A stretch of DNA of 64,000 bases from assembly GCA_963745235.1 (NCBI GenBank), contig CAVUXE010000053.1, forward strand, positions 288,001-352,000. The letters run 5' to 3'. Made by a program: the position numbers and the translations under genes. Position 1 is the stretch's first letter. Each line of letters starts with the position of its first letter. This document shows, piece after piece, positions 49,189-59,011 of the stretch. The notes under the pieces were generated by a model. That model saw only the letters and a list, made by a program, of their open reading frames with translations. It made no database searches and was not told the DNA's origin. This stretch comes from an uncultured Spirochaetota bacterium (lineage in GTDB: Bacteria > Spirochaetota > Spirochaetia > SZUA-6 > Fen-1364).

Positions 49189-49983
49189 GTGAGCGCACGC
49201 GACATGCGGTCTGCCGCCGACAGGGATGGAGTGCCGAAGTACGTCCAGCTGGCGCAGATCGTGCGGGAGAAGATCACCCGCCGGCAGTACAAGGCCGGGG
49301 ACAGGATTCCAACCGAAGCGGAGCTCGGGGACACCTACCGCATGAGCCGCATCACCGTTCGACAGGCCATCGACAGGCTGGAGAGGGACGGTCTGCTGGA
49401 AAGGCGCCAGGGGCGCGGCACGTACGTTCTGCCGCAGAAGCTCAAGCGCAACATTGCCAAGGTCTACAGCTTCACCAGTGACATGCGGCGGCTGGGGCTG
49501 AAGCCGAGCTCCCGGGTCCTGGCGCTCACGGCGGAGGAGGCGTCGGCCGCGGACGCTCTTTCCCTGCAGCTCCCTGCGGCCAACCGAAGGGTCACCCGTC
49601 TTGCGCGCGTCCGGATGGCCAATGACCTCCCCGTCCTTCTGGAGACGACACTGGTTCCGGAGTACCTTTGTCCGGACCTGCTGGAGAAGGACTTTTCGAA
49701 CGCCTCGCTCTACAGGATCCTCGCGGCAGAGAGACGGCTCATGCCGCATCACGCCGAGGAGACCTACGAGGCAATCATCCTGAAGCGACGTGACGCGCAG
49801 CTGCTGGAATGCTCATCCCGCGGCGCGCAGCCCGCATTCGCAATCCAGCGGCTGACGTACCTCGAGAACGGGCTTCCCATCGAGCTGACGCGGTCGGTGG
49901 GCAGGGGAGACCGCCTGACCCTGGCTATCAACATGACCTCCGAGCAGGCGGACATCCAGCGGAGAGTCGATTTCTCGCAGTGA
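49189..49983 (+). CDS. GntR-family (HutC/UTRA) regulator
   Basis: 'PTEAEL', 'SRITVRQA', 'QGRGTYV', UTRA domain. Confidence 0.92.
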   Translation: MSARDMRSAADRDGVPKYVQLAQIVREKITRRQYKAGDRIPTEAELGDTYRMSRITVRQAIDRLERDGLLERRQGRGTYVLPQKLKRNIAKVYSFTSDMRRLGLKPSSRVLALTAEEASAADALSLQLPAANRRVTRLARVRMANDLPVLLETTLVPEYLCPDLLEKDFSNASLYRILAAERRLMPHHAEETYEAIILKRRDAQLLECSSRGAQPAFAIQRLTYLENGLPIELTRSVGRGDRLTLAINMTSEQADIQRRVDFSQ

Positions 49984-50001
49984 CTGCGAAGGAGTGGTTC
50001 C

Positions 50002-50850
50002 ATGAGCCTCGAGCAGCTTTTCGACGTGAAGGGGAAGACCGCCGTGATCACCGGGGGAGGCGGTGCGCTCCCCGGGACCCTCGCCTCGGCGCTTGCGGAG
50101 CTGGGGGTCCGGGTGGCGGTGCTGGACCTCAATGAGAAGAACGCAGAGGCCCGCGCAGAATCGATCCGCGCGGGAGGCGGGGAGTCGCAGGCGTTCACCT
50201 GCAGCGTCCTGCGGGAGGAGGAGCTCGAAAGGTCCCGGGAGAAAGTGGAAGGGCTGTGGGGGCCGCCCGACTTCCTGATCAACGGCGCGGGAGGCAACAG
50301 CCCGAAGGCAAGCACGACGCAGGAGTTCATGGAGCCCGCGGACCTGGACCGCGGCGACTGCCTGAGCTTCTTCAGCATGCGCATGGAGGATTTCCAGGCA
50401 TCCTTCGGGTTGAACTTCACGGGGACCCTTCTTCCGACGCGGGTGTTCGCCCGCGCAATGGTGCGCCGCGGCAGCGGCTCCATTCTCAACATCGCCTCCA
50501 TGGCGGGGATCACGCCGCTCACCAAGGTGGTGGCCTATTCCGCCGCGAAAGCCGCCGTGGCCAATTTCACGAAGTGGCTCGCCGTGCATCTCTCCCATAC
50601 GGGGGTGCGCGTGAATGCCCTGGCTCCCGGGTTTTTCATGACGGAACAGCTGAGATTTCTCCACATCGACCAGGCAACCGGGCAGTACACCCCGCGCGCG
50701 CAGAAGACGGTGGCGCATACCCCCTTGGGACGCTACGGTGAGCCCGCGGAGCTGGTGGGCACGACGGTGTGGCTGCTCTCCGGCGCGTCGCGCTTCGTCA
50801 CCGGCGACGTGATCCCCGTGGACGGCGGATACTCTTCATACACGATTTAG
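50002..50850 (+). CDS. SDR oxidoreductase, D-mannonate oxidoreductase-like
   Basis: 'TGGGG.L', 'NGAGGNSP.A.T', 'PLTKVVAYSAAK'. Confidence 0.8.
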   Translation: MSLEQLFDVKGKTAVITGGGGALPGTLASALAELGVRVAVLDLNEKNAEARAESIRAGGGESQAFTCSVLREEELERSREKVEGLWGPPDFLINGAGGNSPKASTTQEFMEPADLDRGDCLSFFSMRMEDFQASFGLNFTGTLLPTRVFARAMVRRGSGSILNIASMAGITPLTKVVAYSAAKAAVANFTKWLAVHLSHTGVRVNALAPGFFMTEQLRFLHIDQATGQYTPRAQKTVAHTPLGRYGEPAELVGTTVWLLSGASRFVTGDVIPVDGGYSSYTI

Positions 50851-50859
50851 GAGGGATGT

Positions 50860-51717
50860 ATGAGCGATCGGAAGGGCTACTCGCCTCCGAATGAAATGCC
50901 ACGGCGGCCGATAGCAAGCGTGCTGACGGGTCAAAAGGCGCTCGTGACCGGGGCGAGCAAGGGGGTGGGGGCAGGCATCGCCGTCGCCCTTGCGCAGGCG
51001 GGCGCGGATGTCCTCCTGAACTACAACAGCGACCGCGCGGGTGCCGAGCAGACCGCGGATGAGGTCCGCGCGGCCGGCCGAACGGCTGTCCTCTGCAAGG
51101 CGGACGTCGGGAACGAGGGAGAAGTCATCTCCATGTTCCGCGCCATGACGGAGCAGCTGGGGCGGATCGACATCCTCATCAACAACGCCGGCCTCCAGCG
51201 AAACGCGCCGTTCGACCAGATGACCATGGCCGACTGGCAGACGGTTATCGGCACGAACCTCACCGGCCAGTTTCTCTGCGCCCGGGAGGCGGTGCGCTGC
51301 TTCAAGCGGCAGGGCATCGACAGGAGCATCTCGTACGCCCTGGGCAAGATCATCTGCATCAGCTCCGTTCACGATGTCATCCCGTGGGCCGGCCACGTCA
51401 ACTACGCAACGGCGAAAGGCGGGATCATGCTCATGATGAAAAGCATGGCGCAGGAGCTGGCGCCGCTGCGCATCCGGATCAACAGCCTCTCTCCGGGCGC
51501 GATCCGCACGCCCATGAACGTGGAAAAGCTCACGAGCCCCGAGGAGTTCGAGCGTCAGCTCCTGAAGTTCATCCCGTACAAGCGCATCGGCGAGCCGGAG
51601 GACTGCGGGCGTGCCGCTGTCTGGCTTGCCTCGGATGATTCGGACTATGTCCATGGGGCCACGTTGTACCTGGACGGCGGCATGACCTTGTACCCGGAGT
51701 TCGCCCATGGCGGGTGA
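50860..51717 (+). CDS. SDR oxidoreductase, glucose 1-dehydrogenase-like
   Basis: 'NNAGLQ', 'SSVH..IPWAGHVNYATAKGG', 'PGAIRTP.N', 'DGGMTLYP'. Confidence 0.85.
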   Translation: MSDRKGYSPPNEMPRRPIASVLTGQKALVTGASKGVGAGIAVALAQAGADVLLNYNSDRAGAEQTADEVRAAGRTAVLCKADVGNEGEVISMFRAMTEQLGRIDILINNAGLQRNAPFDQMTMADWQTVIGTNLTGQFLCAREAVRCFKRQGIDRSISYALGKIICISSVHDVIPWAGHVNYATAKGGIMLMMKSMAQELAPLRIRINSLSPGAIRTPMNVEKLTSPEEFERQLLKFIPYKRIGEPEDCGRAAVWLASDDSDYVHGATLYLDGGMTLYPEFAHGG

Positions 51718-52895
51718 GCTCCCCTCAGCGCGGCGCACGCGCCTGCTCCAGGTCATGGCGGCGGAGAAGCTGGACGCCATCGTCTGCCGGCTGCCGGAAA
51801 ATGTCCTTCTCCTGACCGGCTACTGGCCGATCTGCGGCTGGGCTTTCGCGGTCCTGTCCTCGCAGGGAGAGGCCGTCTGCATTGTGCCCGGACACCGAGG
51901 AACGGGAAGCCCGGGATGAGCTGTCGGACTGTGCCCTTGCCTCATATGCTTTCGGCACAAAAGAGCCGGTCGACCAGCTCCAGGAGATCCGCGCGGCCCT
52001 GGAGTCGACATCCGCGGGCAGACGCTGGCGCAGGGTCGGATGGGAGGAAAGCTTCGAAACGGCCGCTCCTGCCTGGAACGCCGCGGAGTCCTTGCTTCCG
52101 GCCGGACCGACTCGCCGCGTGCTGGAAGGAGTTTTCGCTCGGGAAAATCTGGTGGACGTCACCCGGGTCCTGGAAATCGAGAAGGCCGCAAAGACCCCGG
52201 CTGAGGCGGAGAAAGTAGCGCGATCCGCCCGAATTTCATGCATCGGAATGACGGAGTTCTGCAAAACCGTGGATGCCGGGAGGAGCGGCGTGGAGCTTGC
52301 TGCCGCCGTGGAGTCTGCAATCATGAGGGAAGGGACGGGGTTCGACGACGCCCGGCGCGTGCGGGCGTTTGCGCAGGTGGCCACGGGCCCCGAGGAGACC
52401 TTCCGTGCCTGGAGACCGGCGGAGATAACGACGACGCGCAGGCTGCGGGAAGGGGATATCGCCTTGCTGGAGCTTGCCGTCGTTGCGGACGGCTACTGGT
52501 GCGACAGGACGCGCGCGAGGGTTGCCGGAAGGGCCAGTGAGCGCCAGAAGGAGATCAACCAGATCGTAAGCCGAGGCCAGAAGGCGGCAATCTCCGTCGT
52601 TCGGCCGGGCGTTTCAGGTCGGGAGGTTGATGAAGCGGGGCGGAGTGAGATCCGTGCCGCAGGGCAGGACAGGGCGTTCGTTCACATCACCGGGCATGGT
52701 CTGGGCTTCCGCTACCACGAGGCCATGCCCTTCCTTGCATCCTGGAGCACCGATGTGCTGCGGGAAGGGATGATTCACAGCGTGGAGCCGGGAATCTACC
52801 TGTCTGATTTCGGCGGCATACGCATCGAGGATGACGTGCTGGTCACCCCGCAGGGCGCACAGGTCCTGGGCCCTTTCCCAACTGACCTGGACTGA
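51707..52895 (+). CDS. M24 (Xaa-Pro peptidase/creatinase) family protein; frameshift near 51890
   Basis: N-domain 'PENVLLLTGY'; catalytic 'GYWCDRTR', 'HITGHGLG..HE', 'EPG', 'RIED' in the next frame. Confidence 0.85.
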
Positions 52896-52911
52896 AACGC
52901 TTTCCGACGGT

Positions 52912-53541
52912 CTACTCTGCGAGCGCAAGGAACTGCGACAGGATGCGTTCAGTGATGCCCCAGATCGGGCCCTTAGGAGACGGGAAGGCAGGAAACTCAA
53001 GCGCACCGTTTTTGTCTTCCCATCGCACCGAAGCGGACCGCCCGCTGCCGCGGAGCGCCGCAAGGGGCATCCAGAACGCTTCCTCGACCTCTTCCGGCTG
53101 GGGGCGAGGGATGGCTTCCGGCGGTACGAGTGCGACGAATGGTGCAACTGTAATGGAAGGAATGCGAACGCTCACGGAGCGGAGCGTTGGCAATCTGCCG
53201 AGCACTCTGCCGCCTTGGCGGGCATCGATTCCCACTTCTTCCAAAGCTTCCCGCATGGCGATTTCGAGCAGACTGGCGTCCTTTTCCTCAGCCCGACCGC
53301 CAGGGAATGCCAGGTGCCCTGACCAGGGATCCCCCGTGCGAATGGCACGCTTGATGAAAAGGATCTCGGCGGGATCTCCTGATGCGTCGCTGCCTGCGTC
53401 CCCGCCTGCCGGACGAAGGAGGAGCGTGACCGCCGCGTGGGTTACACCCGCTTCGGCGGCCGGCACCTTTTGCAGATCCGCAGGGTCGAGCCTCGCCGCT
53501 ATCCGTCGAAGGAACGCGTCGAAAGAAGGATCAAGGGCCAC
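52912..53541 (-). CDS. NUDIX CoA pyrophosphatase (NudL/PCD1-like)
   Basis: 'WSGHLAFPGG', 'REALEEVG', 'IWGIT'. Confidence 0.88.
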   Translation of the reverse strand: MALDPSFDAFLRRIAARLDPADLQKVPAAEAGVTHAAVTLLLRPAGGDAGSDASGDPAEILFIKRAIRTGDPWSGHLAFPGGRAEEKDASLLEIAMREALEEVGIDARQGGRVLGRLPTLRSVSVRIPSITVAPFVALVPPEAIPRPQPEEVEEAFWMPLAALRGSGRSASVRWEDKNGALEFPAFPSPKGPIWGITERILSQFLALAE

Positions 53542-53710
53542 GGGGCTACTCTATCAACTCATTCTCGCATTTCCCAGACGGGGCCGGCTCATACCTTTGA
53601 AAGACGACACCCGTGGAAAGCGTGATGGGGAGTTGCCGCGCCGGCCTTCAAGAGCCGCCCTTCCAACGCCGTGGTTGCCGCCGTATCCGTTCATTCCGAT
53701 ATTGAACCTC

Positions 53711-54289
53711 ATGAATGGATTCGATTCCGCCTACCTGGGTACGCCGCCGTGGGACATCGGCAGACCGCAGGTGGAGATCGTAGACCTTGAGGAGAAAGGC
53801 GGGATCCGCGGGTCTGTCCTGGACTGCGGATGCGGGACTGGGGAAAACGCGCTGTATCTGACCGGCAAAGGCCATGAGGTGTGGGGCATCGATGCCGCCC
53901 CCAACGCCATCCGCAAGGCAGAGGCCAAGGCCCGGGCCCGAGGCAGCGCAACCAGGTTCCTGGTTGTTGACGCCCTGGACTTGAAGGGTCTAGGACGCAC
54001 GTTTGACAATGTCATCGACTGCGGGCTGTTTCACGTTTTTTCGGATCCGGACAGGGAGCGCTACGTGTCCAGCCTCACCGCTGCTACGGCCCCTGGCGCG
54101 AAGCTTGTGCTCTTGTGCTTCAGCGACCTGCAGCCGGGGGACTACGGCCCTCGAAGGGTAAGGAAAGAAGAGATCCAGAAGGCCTTCGAGAAAGGGTGGC
54201 GTGTCCAGGAAATTCTGGCCGCCGCCTTTGAGACGAATATGGGGCCGGACCGGGTGAAGGCCTGGCTCAGCGTGATCATTCGAGAGTGA
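53711..54289 (+). CDS. Class I SAM-dependent methyltransferase
   Basis: 'PPWDIGRPQ', 'VLDCGCGTG', 'DCGLFH'. Confidence 0.88.
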   Translation: MNGFDSAYLGTPPWDIGRPQVEIVDLEEKGGIRGSVLDCGCGTGENALYLTGKGHEVWGIDAAPNAIRKAEAKARARGSATRFLVVDALDLKGLGRTFDNVIDCGLFHVFSDPDRERYVSSLTAATAPGAKLVLLCFSDLQPGDYGPRRVRKEEIQKAFEKGWRVQEILAAAFETNMGPDRVKAWLSVIIRE

Positions 54290-54303
54290 CGGAGGGGACG
54301 CGA

Positions 54304-56511
54304 ATGGGTGCAGGTTCGATCACCGGTGCGGTCCGGGCAGCAGGGCTGCAGATCGATGAAGGCCTCTTCCGCTGCGTACGGGATGAGATTGCTCCCGCCA
54401 CGGGGGTGGACGTCGAGCGGTTCTGGAGCTCCCTGGCGGAGATCGTGCGGGACCTCGGCCCGCGCAACGCAGCGCTCTTGAAGAAGAGGGACCGGCTCCA
54501 GGAGAGCATAGACGACTGCCTCGGCGGGCTCAAAGGCCGTCGGATCGACCCGGAAGAGTATGAAAGCCTGCTCAGGAAAATCGGCTACCTGGTTCCTGAC
54601 GGCGCAGATTTTCAGGTGGGCACCGCCGGCGTGGATCGCGAGATTTCCGAGCTCGCCGGCCCCCAGCTCGTCGTCCCCTTGGACAACGCGCGCTACGCGC
54701 TGAACGCCGCAAATGCCCGCTGGGGAAGCCTCTTCGATGCATTGTATGGAACAGACGTGATTCCTCTGGACAGCGGAGCGCTGAGAGGGCCCGGCTACAA
54801 CCCCGTCCGAGGGGCACGGGTGATCGCGTACGTCGATGACTTTCTCGACAGGACCTTTCCCTTGAAGGAGGGAAGTCATGCGAACGTGCGGCGGTACTTC
54901 CTTCGCGACGCAGGAGGGAGAACGAGTCTGTTCGCTTCCGCGGGAGAGCATGGCGAGGTCCCGATCCGCGACTCGGAGAAGCTCGTCGGCTGTCGCCTGA
55001 GCGGCAATGAGCTGACCTGCATCCTCCTTGAAAACCATGGCCTCCACGTCGAGATCCACATCGACCGGGAGCACCCGGTGGGCAGGGCCCACCACGCGGG
55101 CGTCCAGGACGTCATGCTCGAGGCCGCATTGACGACCATCCAGGACTGCGAGGATTCCGTCTCGGCAGTCGACGCCGCGGACAAGGTTGCCGTCTATCGC
55201 AACTGGTGCGGAATCATGAAGGGGACGCTCGAAGCCACGTTCCAGAAGGGCGGAAGGACGCTGACGCGGCGGCTCAATCCCGACAGGAGCTATCGCGCCG
55301 TTGATGGGCAACCGGTGACCCTCCCGGGGCGAAGCCTTCTCCTCGTGAGAAACGTCGGCATCCACATGTACACGGATGCCGTGATGGATGCGAGCAGGCG
55401 CGCAATTCCCGAGGGCTTCCTGGATGCCATGATCACCTCCCTCGCGGCGCTTCACGATCTGCGGGGGCCGCGGCGGGGCGCAAACAGCCGGTCGGGGAGC
55501 ATCTACATCGTCAAGCCGAAGCTGCATGGCCCGGAAGAAGTTGCCGCCACGGGGGACCTTTTCAGCCGCGTGGAAGACACCCTGGGACTGGATCGGAACA
55601 CCTTGAAAATCGGGGTCATGGACGAGGAGCGCCGCACCACGGTCAACCTCAAGGAATGCATCCGGGCGGCCCGCGAGCGGGTCGTGTTCATCAATACCGG
55701 GTTTCTCGATCGGACGGGGGACGAGATCCACACCAGCATGAAGCTGGGCGCCGTCCTGCCGAAAGAGGAAATCAAGAGCCAGCCGTGGATCAAAGCGTAC
55801 GAGGACTGGAACGTGGACACGGGCATTTCCGTGGGACTGCCCGGACGCGCCCAGATCGGCAAGGGCATGTGGACCATGCCGGACGAGATGAGAGCAATGA
55901 TGGAGGCAAAGATTGCTCACCCGCTCGCCGGGGCAAGCACGGCGTGGGTGCCGTCTCCTACGGCCGCCACCCTCCACGCCCTGCACTACCACACGGTGGA
56001 CGTGGCGCAGCGGCAGAGAGAGATCGCCTCGAGGAGCCCGGCGCGGCTTTTCGACATCCTCACTCCGCCCGTTCTTGGCGGGCGCCGCCTGACGGCAGCG
56101 CAGGTCCGGGAAGAGCTGGAAAACAACGCCCAAGGGGTGCTCGGGTACGTCGTGCGTTGGGTGGAGATGGGGATTGGATGCTCGAAGGTCCCCAACATTC
56201 GGGACGTGGCCCTGATGGAAGACCGGGCCACCCTGCGGATCTCCAGCCAGCACATAGCCAGCTGGCTGAGGCATTCCGTCGTCACGCGGGACCAGGTGGA
56301 GGAAACGTTCAAACGGATGGCCGTCGTCGTAGATCGCCAGAACAGCGCTGATCCGCGCTACCAGCCCATGGCGACGGATTTTCCGGGCAGCCCCGCTTTC
56401 AAGGCGGCCCTCGACCTGGTATTCACCGCGGAAGCCTCGGCAAACGGGTATACAGAAGAGGTGCTGCACGCGCGGCGCAAAGAGGTCAAGTCCCGCGAGA
56501 GGTCTCCGTGA
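54304..56511 (+). CDS. glcB: Malate synthase G
   Basis: 'AGPQLVVP', 'NARWGSL', 'RNVG', 'VKPKLHGP', 'MDEERRT', 'INTGFLDRTGD', 'LMEDRATLRISSQ'. Confidence 0.95.
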   Translation: MGAGSITGAVRAAGLQIDEGLFRCVRDEIAPATGVDVERFWSSLAEIVRDLGPRNAALLKKRDRLQESIDDCLGGLKGRRIDPEEYESLLRKIGYLVPDGADFQVGTAGVDREISELAGPQLVVPLDNARYALNAANARWGSLFDALYGTDVIPLDSGALRGPGYNPVRGARVIAYVDDFLDRTFPLKEGSHANVRRYFLRDAGGRTSLFASAGEHGEVPIRDSEKLVGCRLSGNELTCILLENHGLHVEIHIDREHPVGRAHHAGVQDVMLEAALTTIQDCEDSVSAVDAADKVAVYRNWCGIMKGTLEATFQKGGRTLTRRLNPDRSYRAVDGQPVTLPGRSLLLVRNVGIHMYTDAVMDASRRAIPEGFLDAMITSLAALHDLRGPRRGANSRSGSIYIVKPKLHGPEEVAATGDLFSRVEDTLGLDRNTLKIGVMDEERRTTVNLKECIRAARERVVFINTGFLDRTGDEIHTSMKLGAVLPKEEIKSQPWIKAYEDWNVDTGISVGLPGRAQIGKGMWTMPDEMRAMMEAKIAHPLAGASTAWVPSPTAATLHALHYHTVDVAQRQREIASRSPARLFDILTPPVLGGRRLTAAQVREELENNAQGVLGYVVRWVEMGIGCSKVPNIRDVALMEDRATLRISSQHIASWLRHSVVTRDQVEETFKRMAVVVDRQNSADPRYQPMATDFPGSPAFKAALDLVFTAEASANGYTEEVLHARRKEVKSRERSP

Positions 56512-57537
56512 TCACGGCGTGACGGATCGGCCCTGTGCCGCTGATTGCCGGATCAGGTCTATCGTCTCCATGACTGCCAGCACCTGGTCACGCGTGATGG
56601 GAAGCTCCTTCGAGCTGCGGACTGCCTCCGCAAACGCGTCGTAGAAGGCATCCGTCAGCTCGGAGCCCGAGATGTCGTAATGCCGGACTTCCGGCACGCC
56701 GTTGAACTCTGTTGCGAGCTCCGCCTGCTGCCAGCTGTCCACGGCTTCACCCCTGACCAGGAGCGTTCCCCTCGTTCCCACCACGGTCCATCGTGGAAGC
56801 GGGATGCGGTGGTTGTTTGAGGCTTCGATCCTGCAGCTCAACCCGTTCCTGAAGGCAAGCTCTGCCCAGAAGTGATCGTCCACCTCGTCCGTCCAGACCT
56901 TCCCGCCCGACCACGCCGACACGGAGGCGAGGGGGGACCGGGCCAGCATCAGCACCTGGTCAACGAGGTGCGGCGCCCAGTCGTTGAGCATCCCGCCTCC
57001 GAACTTCCTTTTGAGGCGCCACGGGTTGTCCATTCCCTGGGCTCCCCATCCGGCCCACCCGGAGGAAAAGCTCGCGCGCCGGGACTCGATCCTGTAGACG
57101 CTTCCCAGGAGGCCCTCCGCCATTGCCCTCTGCACGAGAAGGAAGTCACGGTCCCAACGCCGGCTCTGGTGGGGCAGCACGGAGAGACCGCGGCCTGCCG
57201 CCGCCTGGTAGATCTCCGCGGCCTCCTGGTAGGACAGGGCAATCGGCTTCTCAATGATCACGTTCTTGCCCGCCCTCAGCGCGGCGAGGGCCCAGGAGTA
57301 ATGCTGGTCGGAGGTGGTGGCGATCACGATCCATCGAACGCCGCCGTCACTGATGAGGTCCTCATGCCGGGGGTAGGTCTTCACGGCGAAGCGCCGCCGC
57401 GCCTCCTCGGTCTGCCGCGGGGCCCTGCTGCTCACCGCGGCAAGGCGGAGGCCGGGCGTGGATGATATGCGCTCGCAATGAAAAAGCCCTATCCGGCCGA
57501 CTCCCAGGACTCCGACAGGAATGTCGTCACTCATCAT
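56512..57537 (-). CDS. Gfo/Idh/MocA oxidoreductase
   Basis: GVGRIG, IEKP, 'HQSRRWDRDF', 'GGGMLNDWAPH'. Confidence 0.88.
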   Translation of the reverse strand: MMSDDIPVGVLGVGRIGLFHCERISSTPGLRLAAVSSRAPRQTEEARRRFAVKTYPRHEDLISDGGVRWIVIATTSDQHYSWALAALRAGKNVIIEKPIALSYQEAAEIYQAAAGRGLSVLPHQSRRWDRDFLLVQRAMAEGLLGSVYRIESRRASFSSGWAGWGAQGMDNPWRLKRKFGGGMLNDWAPHLVDQVLMLARSPLASVSAWSGGKVWTDEVDDHFWAELAFRNGLSCRIEASNNHRIPLPRWTVVGTRGTLLVRGEAVDSWQQAELATEFNGVPEVRHYDISGSELTDAFYDAFAEAVRSSKELPITRDQVLAVMETIDLIRQSAAQGRSVTP

Positions 57538-58762
57538 GCCTTCCCTCCGGAAGCGGACCCTGGGCAACCCTGTCGGAGAGCGCCTTGTCGATGGACAGCA
57601 GGGCCACACCGACTGCCTCGTCGTTCTCCGTGTACCGTGCGAAGCTTGTCCCGAAGTCCAGGCGGGCTTCCAGGGGCGCTCGCTCGCGGATGCGCCTGTT
57701 CATCGGCTCCGCCAGAGACTCACTCAGCGCCGCGGCATCTCCGCTCACGATGATGCGGGGAGGGTTCACCATTTTCATGACCAGCGAGCAGGCCTCCCCC
57801 AGCGCCGCGCCCGCTTCCTGGAGCACCTGCTCCGCCAGGCGGTCGTGCGCCGCCGCTGCTTCCCCGATGGCGGAAAGAGACGGAGTCTCGCCGGCCTCCA
57901 CGCGAGCCCGAAGCGTGGTGACAACGCCCTCCAGGATTCTTGCCCGAAGCGAGGAAAGGATTCCTGCTCCGGATGCCACCGTCTCCAGGCACCCGGTGTC
58001 GCCGCAGACGCATCGCTTGTCATTCCCCTGCAGCGCCACATGCCCGATTTCACCCGCCACCCCGTGACGGCCCCGGTAAAGCCTGCCGTCCAGGACGAGG
58101 GCCGACCCCAGACCTTCACCCATGTAGAGAAGCGCAAAGTCCTCTCGCGGGGAGCCCCCCTGGCGGCGCATCTCGCCGAAGGCCACGGAGCGGGCGTGAT
58201 CCTCCACGATAACGGGCACCCTCAGGTCGGAGAACCGGGCGGGGACGTTGACGTTGCGAAATGGTCCATACTGAAGCCCTGAGAGCCAGACCCCCCGCTC
58301 CGTGTCCACCCTGCCGAGCACGGAAATGCCCAGCGCGACGAAACGAGCCGGCTCGAGGCGGGAAATCGCATCACGGACACCGGCGCGGACCCTTGCAAGC
58401 ACGCCGAGCAGTTCCTGCTCCTCGAACGCGCCTGTTGGGGTCGGCAGGCTGATGTTTTCAAGGATGTCTCCCGCGCCCGAGACCACGGAAATGCGGCACA
58501 TGCCGACCTTCAGGGCCGCACCCACGGCATAGAGCGCGCCAGGGGAGATGGAGTAGATGAAGGATGGCCTTCCCTGACCCTGGGGAGTCTCCTCCCGTGA
58601 AGCGATGAAGCCCAGGTCACGAAGCTCCTGGATGGCTGCCGTGCTCCGTCCCTTGCTCAGCCCGGTCTCGTTGAGGATGGATGCCCGCGTCGCCTGCGTG
58701 AGTGAGAAAATTGCCCGCAGCGTGAGCGCAGCATCGTGTGTCAGGTTGTCCAACACCGGCAT
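57527..58762 (-). CDS. ROK-family transcriptional regulator
   Basis: N-terminal HTH with 'GRP'; 'GVAGEIGH'; 'CVCGDTGCLE'. Confidence 0.9.
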   Translation of the reverse strand: MPVLDNLTHDAALTLRAIFSLTQATRASILNETGLSKGRSTAAIQELRDLGFIASREETPQGQGRPSFIYSISPGALYAVGAALKVGMCRISVVSGAGDILENISLPTPTGAFEEQELLGVLARVRAGVRDAISRLEPARFVALGISVLGRVDTERGVWLSGLQYGPFRNVNVPARFSDLRVPVIVEDHARSVAFGEMRRQGGSPREDFALLYMGEGLGSALVLDGRLYRGRHGVAGEIGHVALQGNDKRCVCGDTGCLETVASGAGILSSLRARILEGVVTTLRARVEAGETPSLSAIGEAAAAHDRLAEQVLQEAGAALGEACSLVMKMVNPPRIIVSGDAAALSESLAEPMNRRIRERAPLEARLDFGTSFARYTENDEAVGVALLSIDKALSDRVAQGPLPEGRHDE

Positions 58763-58870
58763 GTTCGTCCCTCGTGAAGGATATTCCATCGGACGGCCCT
58801 GAGCAAGCGATGGGCAAGGAAAAAGTCCAAAGGTCGCTATCAAGGCTTGGAACTGTCCAAGGACGGGATA

Positions 58871-58947
58871 AATTAACCCCTTGCGGGAAAAACTAATTCC
58901 TTTGCGATGCACTATCCGCATGAATATTATTCAACAGGAACTAATTC
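58871..58947. promoter_or_regulatory. AT-rich putative ROK operator region
   Basis: AACTAATTC at 58891 and 58939; imperfect palindrome ATTATTC-AACAG-GAACTAAT. Confidence 0.4.
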
Positions 58948-59011
58948 TGGCAGGTTGCTGCTGTGTCACTTTGAGGAAGCGGCAGCTCCGCGCCATTGAG
59001 GGAGGCAAGCC

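Noticed and set aside
48190-49752. 520-aa minus-strand ORF (likewise 39175..40608 and 47139..48455)
   Set aside because: Shadows of well-supported plus-strand genes.
53542-53710. Possible fluoride riboswitch (GATGGGG...)
   Set aside because: Lacks the downstream conserved elements and a fluoride-related gene.
54142-56469. 775-aa minus-strand ORF
   Set aside because: Antisense shadow of glcB with no recognisable domain.
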